A stretch of DNA of 64,000 bases from Cercozoa sp. M6MM (lineage: Eukaryota > Protista > Endomyxa: Ascetosporea), in assembly GCA_040357565.1 (NCBI GenBank), contig JBDODJ010000056.1; one strand, 5' to 3'. Within the stretch, counting starts at the first letter, position 1. Each line of letters begins with the position of its first letter. The notes under the pieces were generated by a model. That model saw only the letters and a list, made by a program, of their open reading frames with translations, ran no database searches and had not been told where the DNA came from. The translations under genes were made by a program, and so were the position numbers. Below, in pieces: positions 13,710-27,471 of this stretch.

Positions 13710-14438
13710 TGTGTCTGTGTCTGTGTCTGTGTCTGTGTCTGTGTCTGTGTCTGTGTCTGTGTNNNNNNNNNNTGTGTCTGTGTCTGTGTCTGTGTCTGTG
13801 TCTGTGTCTGTGTCTGTGTGTCTGTGTTTGTGATGTGTGTGTAGACACAGATGTCTGTATGTTTATGTGCGTTTTGTTTTCAAAATGAACAGTCGCAGCA
13901 GTTTTTGGACGCGTGGAACTACGACGACTGGACCGAGATCAGCACGAATATTCCGAAGCTGTTGATCTCGTTCCAGACGGTGTTCTTTGACTCGCTCTTC
14001 CTCATCCAGGTAGCTCTGTCCCTCTCTTATTGACTAATGAACGAAAGCGGACAACGGGTATGTACCTGCTGCCTGCAGCACTACCTGCTCTACGCCAACA
14101 ACAACAGACGTATCCTTGAGGAGGAGAAGCAGCGTGCCATGTACGAAGATACTGACCTGCTGCAGCAGACGGCTGCGGATGCTGGTAGTGACGCTCCCAA
14201 CTATATACAGACACCCTGTATACGATATCTGTGTGCACAACACAGAGCAAGCGGAGGACGGCGATGAGGAAACCGCTCTGCTGGCAGGCCCTGCCTCGGA
14301 TGACTACCAGGAGTTCACCGATCGCGAGGTATCTCCTTCCTCCGTCGTGCAGTGGTGTACTGCTGGCGCTTCTGGCATGCGTGTCTTTGTGTGCATGTCT
14401 TGATGTGGTGACAGGACCCGGAATCGACGGTCCAGTAG
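12538..14438 (+). CDS. CTNS: Cystinosin (lysosomal cystine transporter, PQ-loop)
   Basis: [15 protein letters not shown]|[17 protein letters not shown], second loop [30 protein letters not shown]|HYLLY; tail has EETALL dileucine and YQEF sorting-like motifs. Confidence 0.93.
13111..13160 (+). repeat. Intronic (TG)n microsatellite
   Basis: Direct; preceded by (TA)n. Confidence 0.95.
13620..13845 (+). repeat. Intronic (TG)n/(TGTGTC)n microsatellite with N gap
   Basis: Direct. Confidence 0.95.
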
Positions 14439-14617
14439 TCGGAGTCGGACGGACGCGGCTGCGTTGCGTCGCTGTCGTGTCGTATAGCGTTCCGTGCGCT
14501 CACGCGCTGCCGATGCCTCGATATTATCTTATCTGATCATGATTTTCAGTTTCGTTTTGTTCGTTTGCGCACAGCACCAACCAGTGTGTTTGATCCGATC
14601 GGTGCCCAACTCGTTAT

Positions 14618-14922
14618 GTTAGTTAGTTCAGCCTGCTAAGAAACCAACTTTTGATGTGAGATTGTCAATTTTAGTGTTGACAATCTTGCAACATCAGTGG
14701 AAGCCACTTGTTCTTGTGGTGCGGTATCCTCTTGTTACTGCACACTTTCAGTATTCATTGCTCTGACCCGTCCGCGTGGAGGTCATAATCCATGTCTCAA
14801 ACAAGTTTGAAACTGGAGAGAAGTTTAAGAGTGTTTTGGCTTGGTACCTTGCTCTGAGACCAAACTACTGACTCAGTGGATTGCTGTTGCTGAGTGACGA
14901 CTTACTGTAACTAACTGAATGA
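14618..14922 (-). mobile_element. Putative short non-autonomous retroelement sharing the LINE 3' terminus
   Basis: Minus strand ends AAAGTTGGTTTCTTAGCAGGCTGAACTAACTAAC vs LINE copy 1 AAAGTTGGTTTCCTAGAGACTCAACTAACTAAC; hairpin-rich body; 5' boundary uncertain. Confidence 0.55.
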
Positions 14923-15120
14923 TTTATTTAGTGTCTTCTTTCCCTTACTGATTAGGCCATTGAGCCGCAGTAACACTCTTCCGTATACGTACTCAACTCA
15001 TTCGATTATGATTAACTTACGTCAAGCCTGAATGAATAAACCAAGTGTGTCGTGCGCATCACAGGCGAGGAAAAAGTGACGAAAAATCTAAAGCACGATG
15101 GCGAAGGCGCAGGCTCGCCC

Positions 15121-16824
15121 TTAATGCGACGCCACCTGTCGCTGTTGCGCGTCCTGCTCGTACTCGAACTCGTACTCGATCGTGCCAGAGCCGGATCCGC
15201 TGCCCTTCTTCCTGTCGCCTCGTCTATGCACGTAGAGCACATTTAAACATAGATACGTGGTTCAGAACAAGAAACGCAGAAGAGGTACCGACGTTTCTTC
15301 TGGCGCCGTTGCTCGCTCTCGTCGTCGCCTTCGTCGCTGCCGAGGGTAAACACACATACGCTACTGCGAAGGCGTATTCAAAGTATGCGAGTGTACCCAC
15401 TGTCATCCTCGTCCTCTGAATCCGATGCCACACGCTTGCCTGCCATCCAAAGTGCAAACATAGACAGATACACAGACAGATACATAGACAGACACAGGGG
15501 GTCTGTTGGGGACAGAGAGGAATAAAGTCAGTGGTACCAAGCATGGCAAAGTGCGCCTTGTCGTGCAGTTCCTCGAGCTCGTCGTCGTCCGACAAAAACT
15601 CGTTCTCTTCGGCCGCAATGAACTCGACCTCCTCCCTGCACATGAGTTACATCATCTAGGTATGATAAGGGGGCAAGGCAGATCAAAAGTGTTCATACTC
15701 GGACTCAGACTCCTCCTCAACCTCCTCCTGGTGCAGCGAGATGCCGTGGTTCTGCACGCTCTCGTAGCTGCCTGTTGGCACAGATAGCCACCCGTAGATA
15801 CATTAGTCTCGATGCATAGGGGGGGGGGGGGCACATGTCCCTTTGTACCCTCGTGGAGTCGCGTCAGGAGTTCCTTCTTGAGAGCAGTTGTGATCTTGGC
15901 CGCCTTGAGTGCCTGTATTAGATAGACCAGGGTTGATCGACACAATGGCTGGGTGCAAAAGTTGAGGGAGTGACAGCAGGCACCTTGCGTTCGCGTGTAC
16001 GGTCACGTCGCTCGTGCTTCTTTTGAATGGTGACCAACTTGACCTTGGACTTGAGACGCAACTGACGGGCACTACACGCAGACCATACAGGGTAGGTATA
16101 GCCATGGGGAGTACCTAAGAAAGCACAATGATAAGACAGGATACCGAATGAGGTATTGATGAAGCTTAGTGAGACGCTGCTTGCACTTGTGCTGCAAGAA
16201 CTTCGGCCAGTGCTCTAGATGCGAGCTAATCTGCTCGAGTGCCTGTGCGTAGTTGCGCTTCAGTCGCACCTACCGACACACAGTAGAGCGTACACACACG
16301 CACGAACGCACATACACACACATATAGACGCAGGACAATAAAACGGAAGGCACCTTTTGCCACAGGCGCGCGGGCTGGTGTGCGCGCTCTGGCGTCTTCA
16401 TCATGAGGTACAGCACGCCCTGGTCCTCTCTCACCTAAGCATGGATTCGTACAGTCAATTTGTCTTTGTACATGTGCAAGTTAGAAAGCATATACTGTGG
16501 CGTATTTCGCGTTCGCGAGCGGACACGCACGGCGTGCACACAGGCCTTTACAGAAACACGGATTTCACAAACAGTTCCTCGAAGTGATTTGAGTAGATGG
16601 ATGTCGGCACCTGTGACATTGTACTTGTTCTTGCAGAAGTCCTACACAGATAAGTCAGGAGTATGTGTTCATAAGAACATCGGGCATACCTGCGTCTTGA
16701 TGCGGTCTCGGAAGGCGCAGTGGCCCTTGGAAATCACGCCCCAGATCACCTGTCCACAAGTGTATACTTGAAGAGGACATAACACCAAAACACACTGAGT
16801 TTAACGCACGTCGTCATTGTCCAT
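15121..16824 (-). CDS. MAK16: MAK16 ribosome biogenesis protein
   Basis: MDNDD|[25 protein letters not shown]|[60 protein letters not shown], acidic tail EYEFEYE. Confidence 0.95.
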
Positions 16825-17092
16825 GGTGGGTCGGGAGGCTCTTAACGCACGGTCACGATCACTCACGCGCCTACGCACCACTCAAAACTTTTATTTCTTT
16901 GTTTCGTCCATACAGACGAGATCACGCAAATTGTAGCCACAGTTTGTCATCATCGTGAAGTTAGAGCAATCTGCATAGCGTTGAAGCGTCTTTAACGCTT
17001 TTACTGGTTTGTGGGATATTCTAAACTTCGGTTAGCCACCCAGAGGAGCAAAAAACGAAACGAAAAACTACTGGAGAAAGAGAGACGACGCA

Positions 17093-19444
17093 ATGACGCC
17101 GGTCGCTCTTCCGGAGTGGTTTCCGGTGCCCACCGGTGCCGTTCTGCAGGTTGAATTGCCTGATTGCGAAGTATTCGCCCTCACCTCGCGTAAACTTTAG
17201 TTGTTTTTTAACTTGACTACGTTGACTGGCAGTTGCATGTACAGAGTCCCGGACGCGAGTGTGCACTGGCGCCCTGAAAGTCTGGGCCTACGGCAATGGA
17301 GCGCGACGCAGTTACTTGTTCTATGTAGGTACAGCAGTTCCACGCCTTCTGTGTTTCTTTGACCAAATCGGTATGTTTGTGCAGGCGATTGCTTCCGGTG
17401 CGAGCTTTCGCGCGAATTGAAAGTTTCGAAACTGTCGCGTCGCTCTTACGCTTTTCCACAACCGCGTAAATAATCTTTTTCTTTCTTGAGCAACTTCTTT
17501 GGATTGCGAACTCGCGCAGAAACTACATCGTATTTCGCGGTCTTGCTTGCGGAAGAAACGGAAGCTATCGACCAGGAGTTTTTTGAGTCATTTTTGGCCA
17601 ATGCTGTCGATTATGTCGTACGTGTGTTTCTCATTCTTCAATCGAAGGAGGATGAGTTACGTTGTCTTGCAGATTGCACACTTTACCAGCGATGAACACT
17701 GTGTGACAAGACTGACTCGTGTGTTTTTCGTTTGTTTCCGTCTTTTTGTTATGGGGAGGCATTTCACGTGTTTACAGTTGAAAGCACGAGTGAGAACACA
17801 ATGGCCGTTTCTATCTCGTAACACATTATTCAGTCGTTATTTTTTGCATATCATTCACATCGAGGTGACATAGAGCCAATCCAGAGCATGCATGTGTCTT
17901 GACGGTCGGTAAGAGAGCCTTTGTGCGCAGTAGGGTCATGTGTACTGATGTACTGATGTACTGGAACAACAGGCGTATTGTCGCCGGCATTGGCAGCACA
18001 GCAGGACCGCTTGTAACGTTTCTTGTGTTTTTAGTTCCACGTGACTTATGTGTTTTGTTTACTGCAGAGCGGCACTTGGATTTCGAACAGCCTCGCTTGT
18101 GCTGAGGTGTCCTCTGTCGTGTCTACTCCGTCTGCACTTCACGTTTTGTTGCTGTTGCTCAGTGCATCGAATGCGCTGGCACATGGCTTACATCGTGGCT
18201 CACAAATGTACGCGTCTCTTGCCCGAGCGTTCGGTGTCTTTCGTCTGCACTCACTGTCCGTCGTGTTCTCGTAGGGTCGGAGTTGGCATTCAGAAAGGAG
18301 CGGCATCTATCCGTGGTACAAGGGGCTTCGTTTGCGGAGATTTGTTCTTTTCTAAGTCTACTCTGCACAGGCAAGGTTACACCGACCGACGAGCCCCGTC
18401 GACTCAGCGATACCACAAAGAGTCGAATTGCGACAGCGAAATCCCTGTCTGCCTCGGCTGTTACGGTCAGGTATGCATTTATATATTAATAATTTGTGTG
18501 CGAGTGCATTTGTACATGTTTGTGTGCCAAGTGCTGCCCTCGTTTCTGGAGTCGTTGCAGGTACGTTCAGCTCTGTTTACGTACCTTTTGATTTGCCTGA
18601 TGTGTTTGTGTCTGCTACTAACAGTGACAAGCGCACTGGCGTCCACTGCTGCTTCACGACTGCGAAGCAATCTGTACTGTTGAAACCTGAACTCAAAGAA
18701 TGACGCACTGCGTTACCGCCTGAGTTTTTGAGTAGGGAAGGCGACAGTTCACCGTCGCCGCGTGCACAAGCTGCCAAAGGTGTCGTACTGTCTTCCTTTA
18801 ATCTTGGGAAGGAATGGGTTGTCGGTCTGTAGCTGTGGCGCAGTCACTCGTTCTGGGTGTTGGCACGGTCTACGAGGTACCAAACGTTGTCAGCACTAAA
18901 TGAATGCACACAGTGTTCGTGGTAGAGTGCGGCAGCGGCAGGCATTAACGTGCTGAAGGAGACTTCTGAGGCAACTGCTGATGTGTATCGTTCAGCGTTC
19001 ACTTTGATTCCTCTTCCTGCGCCTCCGTTTTACTACTCTTTTGATTTAGCATCACACATAAGTACGGCGACGAGTACGGCACAGGTATGCCCCAACAGCC
19101 CTCTCTGCCCCTGTTGTGTTGATTACGATTATCACTGACAGCGGCCCGAGATGTCGGCAAGAGCGTCACCAATACTGCCACTGCTGCTGCTTGCTATCGG
19201 CATCTTGGTGGTACGATCTACCGATTGTACGGTCGAAAAGTAAAGTGAATGTGTGGCCGGTGCAGTGCGGGCCATGGCTAAAAGCGTCGCGAAGAAAACC
19301 GCGGTCGAGCTTTTGGAAAATGACGAGCACGAGGGTGATGCTCAGGCCGAGGAAAACGCCATTGCGAGCATTATGCAGGCTGCGAGCACTCGCCCCAGGC
19401 CAACTCAAACTGAGGCACCTCGCTTGCCCCCGCCTGACTACTGA
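17093..19444 (+). CDS. Spartin/senescence-domain protein (SPG20/ERD7-like, no MIT domain evident)
   Basis: YLFYVGDCFRCELSRELKVSKLSRRSYAFP, amphipathic Ala/Gly/Ser-rich helices, SHKYGDEYG motif, C-terminal PPPDY. Confidence 0.75.
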
Positions 19445-19669
19445 CCAACGCAACTGGACTGTTTGGACGCGGTCGTAGGTTGGATCCGGACACTCCCTGA
19501 TAGTCGCATAATCTACTGCACGGTCACTATGATATTGCACTTCTGTACCGTAGGTCAGATCCTGCCTACTACGATACGTAACTTAACTCCTCGAGTGTTT
19601 TTTAGAACTCGTAGGGCGATGCCGATTGATATGAGCTGCTCCATGACGTGGTTCGAGATAGATAGTCGT

Positions 19670-22190
19670 TAAGTCCGTCGGCATCAATGTTAGCGCGCTG
19701 ACTAGACCCTTGTCGATCGGCTCTGGTATCTAAAGGAGCAGCACATTTATTGGGTTATCTGCAATTGTGCGAACCTTTCATACCAGACAAAACAGAAGGG
19801 GATCGCCCGGTGGCTTCTTCGTTCAAAAAACTAGGTTTGTCCATATGGCTGTCGAGCATAGTATCGGCCGGAGTGGGTTTGAGCATGGTATCGCGTGCAA
19901 TGTCGAATTCTTGTTCTTCGAGTTGTTTGGCTGAAACGCCGGCATTGCTGTTGTTGCCTGCTTTCTGTTGTTCACTCGAGTCGACTCTGTAGTTGGCACC
20001 ACTGCTGGATGGCGTAGGTGTAAACAGTCCTTCCCTCTCATTTTTCGAGAGTTGCGAACTTAGCACAGTACTGCACCAAAAAACGATATCAGCTCAGAGT
20101 GTACGGGGGTTTGCGCGTATATCGAAAGAAATTATGTTACTCTAGAAGAGTCGAAACACGTTGTTGCAACTCGTTTATTTGAGTGCAGCGATCATTCAGT
20201 TCCTAATTTAACGCGGGAAAAGTACAGACACCATAAATAAAATTTACTCACGGGTCCGAACCAGGAAAATTCAAGTGTTGTTGTAAAACCTTTGTTGCCT
20301 CCTTTGTAGCAAGCTCGGCGTTCTCACGTAGTTTTTGCTCTAATTGGTTTCCAGGTTTGATGAACTGCAATGTTGTTTCATAAACAGTACCGTGTTCCAA
20401 CTCATCTTCGATTTTTGCAAGTCTTCGTCGCTGTATTGAAGACACAACATTATTGAATGCTGATCTTTGTGTCAGCCGCTCGTGGTCTTGAGTTGACCGT
20501 TGGATTTGTTCTTCGAGTTGTTTGCATTTCCTCTTACTACACAAACATACGTTGCAATTTTCTCGGAATCTGTGACTTACACTTGCACAAGCTCAAAGGC
20601 AAATTCAAGCAGTGCGTCCTGTCGTCTTTGAAGCTCGCTTCCAAGAACCAGGGTTTGGGCAGAGCGTTGCCACCAACGCGCGAGAAACTCGTGGCGCAAA
20701 TGCTGATGGGCGTCTTTGGTGCTTTCGTAAGTTTCATTAAGCTTTGCTCGACTTTGTTTCAGCTCATCGATTTTGTCGAGCACTTTGGACACGCAGCGCT
20801 CATCGGTGTTTGCGTCGCATTGCAGACGATTCAACTTCGCTCGGATGGCCATACTTTCGGATGCGGCTTTGTGAGCGCGAGCTTCGTTGTCTTGAAGGAG
20901 TTGCTCCATTTTTCGAAGCCTTCGCTGCACGGCAAGCTTTGTGTGTCGCATCTGGGAGGCAAGACTCGAGGCCTGGTCTGCTCGTCGTGATTCAACACAC
21001 AGCGTCTTTTTTAGTTCCGCAATCTCACTGCGCAACCTTTGTTCACGCAAGTTAAACTTTGCCTTCAGCTCGTCCATTGCCTCGATAACGTCAGTTTCTA
21101 CGCTCAGGCTACTTTCTGATACACCAGAAGTGTTTGAATTTCTGCCGCTGTGACTTATGGGATCATCTTCACCGCACATCAAAAGTTCACGTTTCCGACG
21201 AGAGAGCTCACTCATCTTTTCGACAACAGCAACGCGCTCATCGTGCAAGGCGCGTTCGCGAATGTGTAGCTCGCGTTCTCTTTGTTCCAACCGCAGCTCT
21301 CGCTCGCACATCTTTTCACCACTTCGAGTACTGGCGTCGGTACTCCGTCGTCGGTGCTGTACAGTTTCCTTGTTGGCATTGAAAGTTGCTGGTTTTTTAA
21401 CGCTTTCATCCACACTGATCGAGGCACGCCGAGAGGCTTGCATGCGCAGCTTTTGGATAACTTGTTTTTGAGCTGCGGTCGACTCTGGCACTGTTTTTGT
21501 GTCCTTTCTCGTCTTTGTGTCATGTTTTTTGTGACGTTCGCCATGAATCACGAAAGTCGAGAGCTCACTTCCTTCAGACGTGCGAAATAACAACGCAAAC
21601 TTTCCGCTTCTGTCTTCTAGCGCGCAAACATCGGCGAGCCGTCGATGCTGTCCATCTCGGTCGCCAGAACTCCGATGTTGCCCATCGACGTCTCGAGTTG
21701 CAGCTTCGATTAAGTCGCTGTGAGCAAGGATTTCTCCTGTGCGCGCGTCGAGCAGTACGCAGATGGAGCTACTGAATACTGCGAACGTGTCAAGTGATTC
21801 CAAAAAAACGGCTCTTCGCACGCAGAAAGCTCCTGTTGATGCCCTTTTGGCGTCCCAATCAAAAGTCTCTGCTATTCTGACAACGCAGCCGGTTGGTTTG
21901 AGAGAACTGATTTCCCATTGTACGCTCTGTGAATGTACAGTCGAGCATTTGTTGTTTCATTTTTTCTTCAAAACAAATTAGAAAAGTGATGTACCTTTCC
22001 TGCGCGGTCGATTGACCAGAAACAGGAAGTTCCGCCATCCTTTGTTGCGGGTACAAAAACAACGTCCACGACAGGTTCGTCGTGTTCTTTCAAAGTCGTG
22101 ACCACGGTTCCATCCGTTCTCCATACTACTATATTCCCGTCCTGTTTGCAGAGAGAGAAAACGTCGGACGCTCAGTTTCTCAAAATCCAA
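19670..22190 (-). CDS. Hypothetical coiled-coil protein
   Basis: 414-aa ORF 20577-21821 with long heptad/charged tracts plus flanking exon-like ORFs 20248-20544 and 19755-20066; ends approximate. Confidence 0.55.
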
Positions 22191-22992
22191 ATACTAGTGG
22201 AGAAACTACGGCTGTTCCGGCAAAGACGAGAGTTTCTCTATCGCATCGCGCGCAACGAACAACAAGCACACCTCCGTCCAAGCCAAAGAACGTTTTGAGG
22301 CGTTGCGCGGGATTGGCGTTACTCAGCACTCGAAAGTTTACATCGTTGCTTGTGGAACAAGTGATTAAGATGGGGTTGCTGCCGAACCAACAGGCTTCAG
22401 TATACATTTACGTACGAACATTTCAGTTTCGAGAAACAAACCTGTTGAAAGGAGTGTCGCGGTCTGCACTGGTTACAGCGAGTGCTCTCAATGAGTGTGA
22501 GTGAGCGCGAAACGAGTACACTAGCTGAACCAATGGCAAGTTATTCGTTGCGCGTCCATTATAACTGACGACTTTCTGCAGGGAGATGCTACCATGATCA
22601 TAGAGTGGATAAAACACTAAATAGACTGCATTATTACCACGGAGCCATCACTGCAGCCAAGCCAGAGCCTGCCTTGTTGCGGTCCTGTCGGTTCGAAAAA
22701 GGAGGTCACCGCGAAAGCTTTGTGCTGGTATGTTCGACTTGTGTACAACTTGATTCGACACAATAGCGCGAGAGTTGTCCCATCGTGTACATTGAAACTC
22801 CCGTCTGTGCGAAGACATGAGCAGATTTACCTTGCAACAATGTAAATTGAAAGTGTAAGTTTTAAAATTTACCTGTGCTACAAACGAAAATACGGTTCGC
22901 AGTGCTGCATACCGTCTTGCCTAGCGTCCGGAGCTGCAAAAACCAGCTGTCAAGATGTTTATGGGGATAACATGTTATTTGAGTCTTTTTAA

Positions 22993-25900
22993 ATGGGAAG
23001 CCTAGAAACCTGCATTGCTCGTGACACTATCACGTGGGTCATCGCATTTGGGCACTCTGAAGAATGCTCACGCCTGAGCAAAACCAAAACGACATATTTC
23101 CGTCAATCACTTGTTTCAGCGTTTTTCCGAGCTGCGACAGAAAGGGGAAAACAAAGGTTGATAATTTACAACTGTACGCTTTCGAAACGTTTGCAGCAGC
23201 CATCCTCTACGCTGCAGCGTACAAACGAGTCCTGACACTTAAAACTCTTACGAAATGCCTCACATTTGACCCGGATGTCACCGACTGACCGACCCTCACA
23301 ACTAAACCACATTTTTGACCAGCGTGGTTTCAAACCCCTTAGATTTCAGTCAGGGAGATTGTTGGATAAAAAATTGGTAAACTGGATCCTCTACAGAGGT
23401 GTACATAGCAATCTTGTCTGGTCACAGTTTTTCGGCATTCGAGCTGCTGGAGAAAGATCATGTGGCTGCGACGCGAAACACCAAAATCTCGTCGAAGACG
23501 ACGCTCCAGCAGGAAGCACGCTGCTACAAGGTTTGAGAGGAAAAGTTTTTCGTCATGCAAAGTGCCGAACCCTGACTTTGATTCAACGACGAATCCAAAC
23601 TGCCGGCAACCGAGATTTGCGTCTGAGGCTGCGCTGCGAAGAAAAAAAGAAGCTGCGTGGGATCCTCTGCGTTTCGATCGCGAGGAAAAGGAACGAAAGC
23701 GACGCGTTGAACTCGCGAAATTAAAAAAACGGAAGGAATACGATGCGAAACGACGAGAGTGCGAACGGAAAGGAATTCTCGCTTCTTCGACGCTCACGCT
23801 CTCTCAGCATTCGCATGAACGTTACTTTAATGGCCAAGGGCCCGGTTCGGCCTCTTTTGGATTGGGAGGACGGTGTACTTGCCGCAAGCTTGGGCAGTTT
23901 GATGGGACTCGCCGAACTGGACGTATGCTCGTTGACGAAGCGCACCACAAGGAGTGCGTGTGTACATGCGGGCGTGAAGACGCATCTGCGAGTGTCAGCG
24001 GAAACGCGCAGTCTCGAAGCGGAGTCGTCACAGAAATTCCATTGTTTCCACACATGAGATGGAAAGAAGGCTTTAGGTAAGTGAGTAATTTTCTCATGAC
24101 TCGACCATCGGATGAAACCACATCGCTTCATGTATAGCTTGCAAGTGTGCTTGCCCGAGATTGACTGGACTCGTTGTTCAGCTGCCCGAATTCCTCCTGT
24201 TCTGGTAGGTTTATTTCACTTTTTAATTCATCCTCCCAGTCCAATATTTAGGTCTTGAGCAGTCTTGCCAAGCACCGAACAGTGCTAATACACTGCCTGA
24301 CGATCTGTACTCGCACAAGCATGACCCCATACGACCACCTCTCCACCGCATTCAAATGGCAGGGTCCGGGGCAGTGTTCAGTGAAAGCGACGAGGCTTTC
24401 GCTGAAGGAACCATTTTTGAGCATGCAACGGAAGGAACGGGAAAACTCCGTATTCCTTTGAATGAAATTGAGGAGATTTTGCATCGCAAACCGCGCCAAA
24501 ATCAAAAACGCAAAGCGTCGCAGTACGATCGTTTGTTCTGGTGCAACGCAGAGATACTGAATGGCAAGTGCATTCCGCTCCTCATCCCGCTGATGCGTGC
24601 CGCGCAACAAGAGGTCAGGCGAGAAGAACAAAAGACGAAACTCCGCCACATAGACAGCACTGTTAAATTAGAGCAAGCCCCCGAAGCATTTGAAACGCGA
24701 AGCAAGCACTGGACGATGCGAGTCTCAGAGATGCTCAACACTTCCCTCGACGACTTTCTGCATAGCAGACACATCGACGAGGACATTCGCAACCAAATCT
24801 ATGCTTTCTTTCAGGTCGTTTCCAAGCATCACTTGCGAGGAATGCTCCGGAAGACGCCGGTCGTGGACATTGCGGAGCAAGATAAATCTGTGCATCTGCC
24901 TCTTTTGGCACAAGATTTCCTTCACACTATCTTTGAAAAGGTATACCATCGATTACCCGAATGATACGCACAGGGTGATTAGAAAGTTACTTGCCAGGTG
25001 TCGAATGAAGAAGTGGTTGCTTTCCTCGAGCTTCGTTTCCATTTTGAAAAAGCCAAAGAGTTTGTCGATTCTTGCGACGCAGCTATTGCGAACTTGACAG
25101 AGGCACAAAACCAATGCGATCTTCTGCTTGCAGAAGCTGTGCAAAAAGGCGTTCAGCCCGTCTTGCGTGCGGTGCTCGCGTTGAACAATTTTGCGAACGT
25201 AAGCTGGTTCATACTGGAACTACAACCCTGTGGGAAGAGTCAGTTTGCTTGGTACTCAGATCAAGCAAAGCGGAAGACGCCGATCCAGCGCACTGTTTCT
25301 CCTACACTCAGTGCGATACTGGCTCGACAAACCTATCACTAGGCGCGCGGTAAGCTATGTTTCCTGCTTTATTACTTCTATCTAACTTACTTGGGTTCAT
25401 GGCGCAGATTCGGGCTGTGCTGCGAACGTTGCTGCAGACCACCGTGGGAAACAGTGAACTCCACAGTTTACTCCACAGCGACGACTACACGTGTTTGCGA
25501 TCTTCTAGTTCTACTATCGCACAAACCCGCGCGGTGTCTGCGGGGTACACGAAACTTCAGGAACACCGCGACAGCTTGCACGAGGAGTTGGAAAAGTTTC
25601 ACATGCAAGAGCTGCCATCCTTTTTAAAAACCGAGGTAAAGAATATCCAGCGTAGTATTTACTCGACGATAAACGTATTAAAACTGTAGTTCTTTATTAT
25701 GATACGCTGCCATATATCGGCAGGTGACGGCGACTCAAGACAAACTTCAACGCGCAGCTGACGCGGTTTGTGAAAGTCTAGTGAAGACAACGCGTCTGTT
25801 TGCCCAAGTGTGTCTGCTGTATCCACCGGCAAAGGACGTGTGCGCATTGGCGCGGCAACTCCTATTGCCTCCCGATCCTGGCAGCAAAGATAGAACTGGC

Positions 25901-26640
25901 ATGCACACGGCAACGGAATATAACGACGACTTGGAAAATGACCTCTGCGCCGCAAACACGAACAATAAAAGTGATGGAAAGAGAGGCGAACCAGAGTCAC
26001 CGTCACCGGGAAGAAATTCAATGCAGAGGTCGTTTACAGTTGCTGCTTCGCCATCGGCCTATTCGTTATCGAGCAGCAAGACACAATCGCGCTCAGGCAG
26101 TGTTAGGAGCCGGAGCGCCCTAAAACCTGAAAACCTCACAAACAAAGATCTAGAAAACGACTTGGCCGTGATTGAAGCGGGTTGTCAAGTGCACGCTTGC
26201 ATCGTTGACTTGCTGTGTCTCGTTGAGGTATAATCTATGCACAAACACAAGAGTACCTGTCTTTGCGCCGGAAAGTATGGGTATGCATAGGAGACAAACA
26301 AGGCACTGGACAAGGGTGAAGCAAATGCGACCGGTCAAAAACTCGATATTTACTGGAGCGAAGATGAAGTTCGTCAGTCGCGAGAGCTGTGGGATTCGGT
26401 GTCACGCGGCAGCTCGTGTGCGCAACCTGCCCCAGGAAAAGCAGCACTGACCGGTAACAGTGCGCTGTTCGCAGCCATTCGACCTCCAACACAAGCGAGA
26501 GCAAGAACGCGTACGGTGATGCGAACTCGGTCAAGAAAACTACAGAAAGCAAAAAGTTGCTCACATTGCCTGCTGCGACACCGCGAGAAGCATTGCTCGC
26601 GGCTATTGCTTCGCGCAGAAAAGACTCAGACAAAGACTAG
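22993..26640 (+). CDS. Divergent formin FH2-like protein with C-terminal WH2/DAD-like motif
   Basis: AEGTIFE, LNEIEEIL, FLELRFHFEK, VLRAVLALNNFAN resemble FH2 landmarks; final PREALLAAIASRR; start and gene unity uncertain. Confidence 0.45.
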
Positions 26641-26853
26641 CGCTTGGCGCGTTTGGCGAACTCGCCATTAAAATAGATACGGATTAACTACCAACATCGC
26701 TGGAATGGCACAGAAAAAACTGTTTCACTTTTCCTCTTTCTATTTTTTTAAATTCAAAAAACTATCGATATTCAAAAGTAAAACTAACAGCTCTGTGCGC
26801 AGAAGTGTGTGTGGGCAGTTTCTACTGTGGTAAAGTGTGCGCCACAAGATAAT

Positions 26854-27471
26854 ATGTCACAGTTGGAGCTCTTGCTGGTGGCTGACGCATCCGGTGGTCT
26901 TTTGGGTTTCTCGTGGTTCTTTGTGATGTACGTACTTGCCACATGGGTAGAGGCGATCAAACAGTTGATCCCGAGACCAGTACCGATTCAGGTGACAGCT
27001 GAGGAACAGGTATGTCATTTTGCGAGGCAGGTCAAGGGTCCTTGATTGTTTGTGTGTTTAGGCTCAGATCGACGCCAAACTAAGCGCACTTGAAACCTTG
27101 GGCGAAAGTTTCGTCTCCAGTCTTCGTCAACAGTCATCATTCCACAACGCTGCTTCCGTATGCTTGTTTTTAGTTTGTGTCGTCTGTTTGATGCTTGCGG
27201 GAATAGCTTCGCAAATGGATCGAAGAACGCGCGCAGGTGGTTGAACACGGCACTGAAACCGCCGTAGTTTATTTAATGTTTCTTCTTGTTCGAGATACAG
27301 ACGGATGTTTTGTTCCAACAGGGCTGTGATCCGATGCGTTTTGGCGATGAGGAGGTATGTATTCTCTCTCCTGCACGTACGTGCAATGTGCATACAATTT
27401 GCGCGCAACAGAGATACGACCAGCTTGCGCACCGACAGCAACAGGCGCAAAAAGCTGCAGTGCGCAAGTGA
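26854..27471 (+). CDS. SAP30BP/HCNGP-like protein (minimal)
   Basis: Spliced: ..EEQ|AQIDAKLSALETLGESFVSSLRQQSSFHNAAS|LRKWIEE..EHGTETA|TDVLF..DPMRFGDEE|RYDQLAHRQQ, matching the HCNGP domain pattern. Confidence 0.6.

Noticed and set aside
13396-13888. Poly-CV/HT/HR ORFs here and at other microsatellites
   Set aside because: Translations of intronic microsatellites
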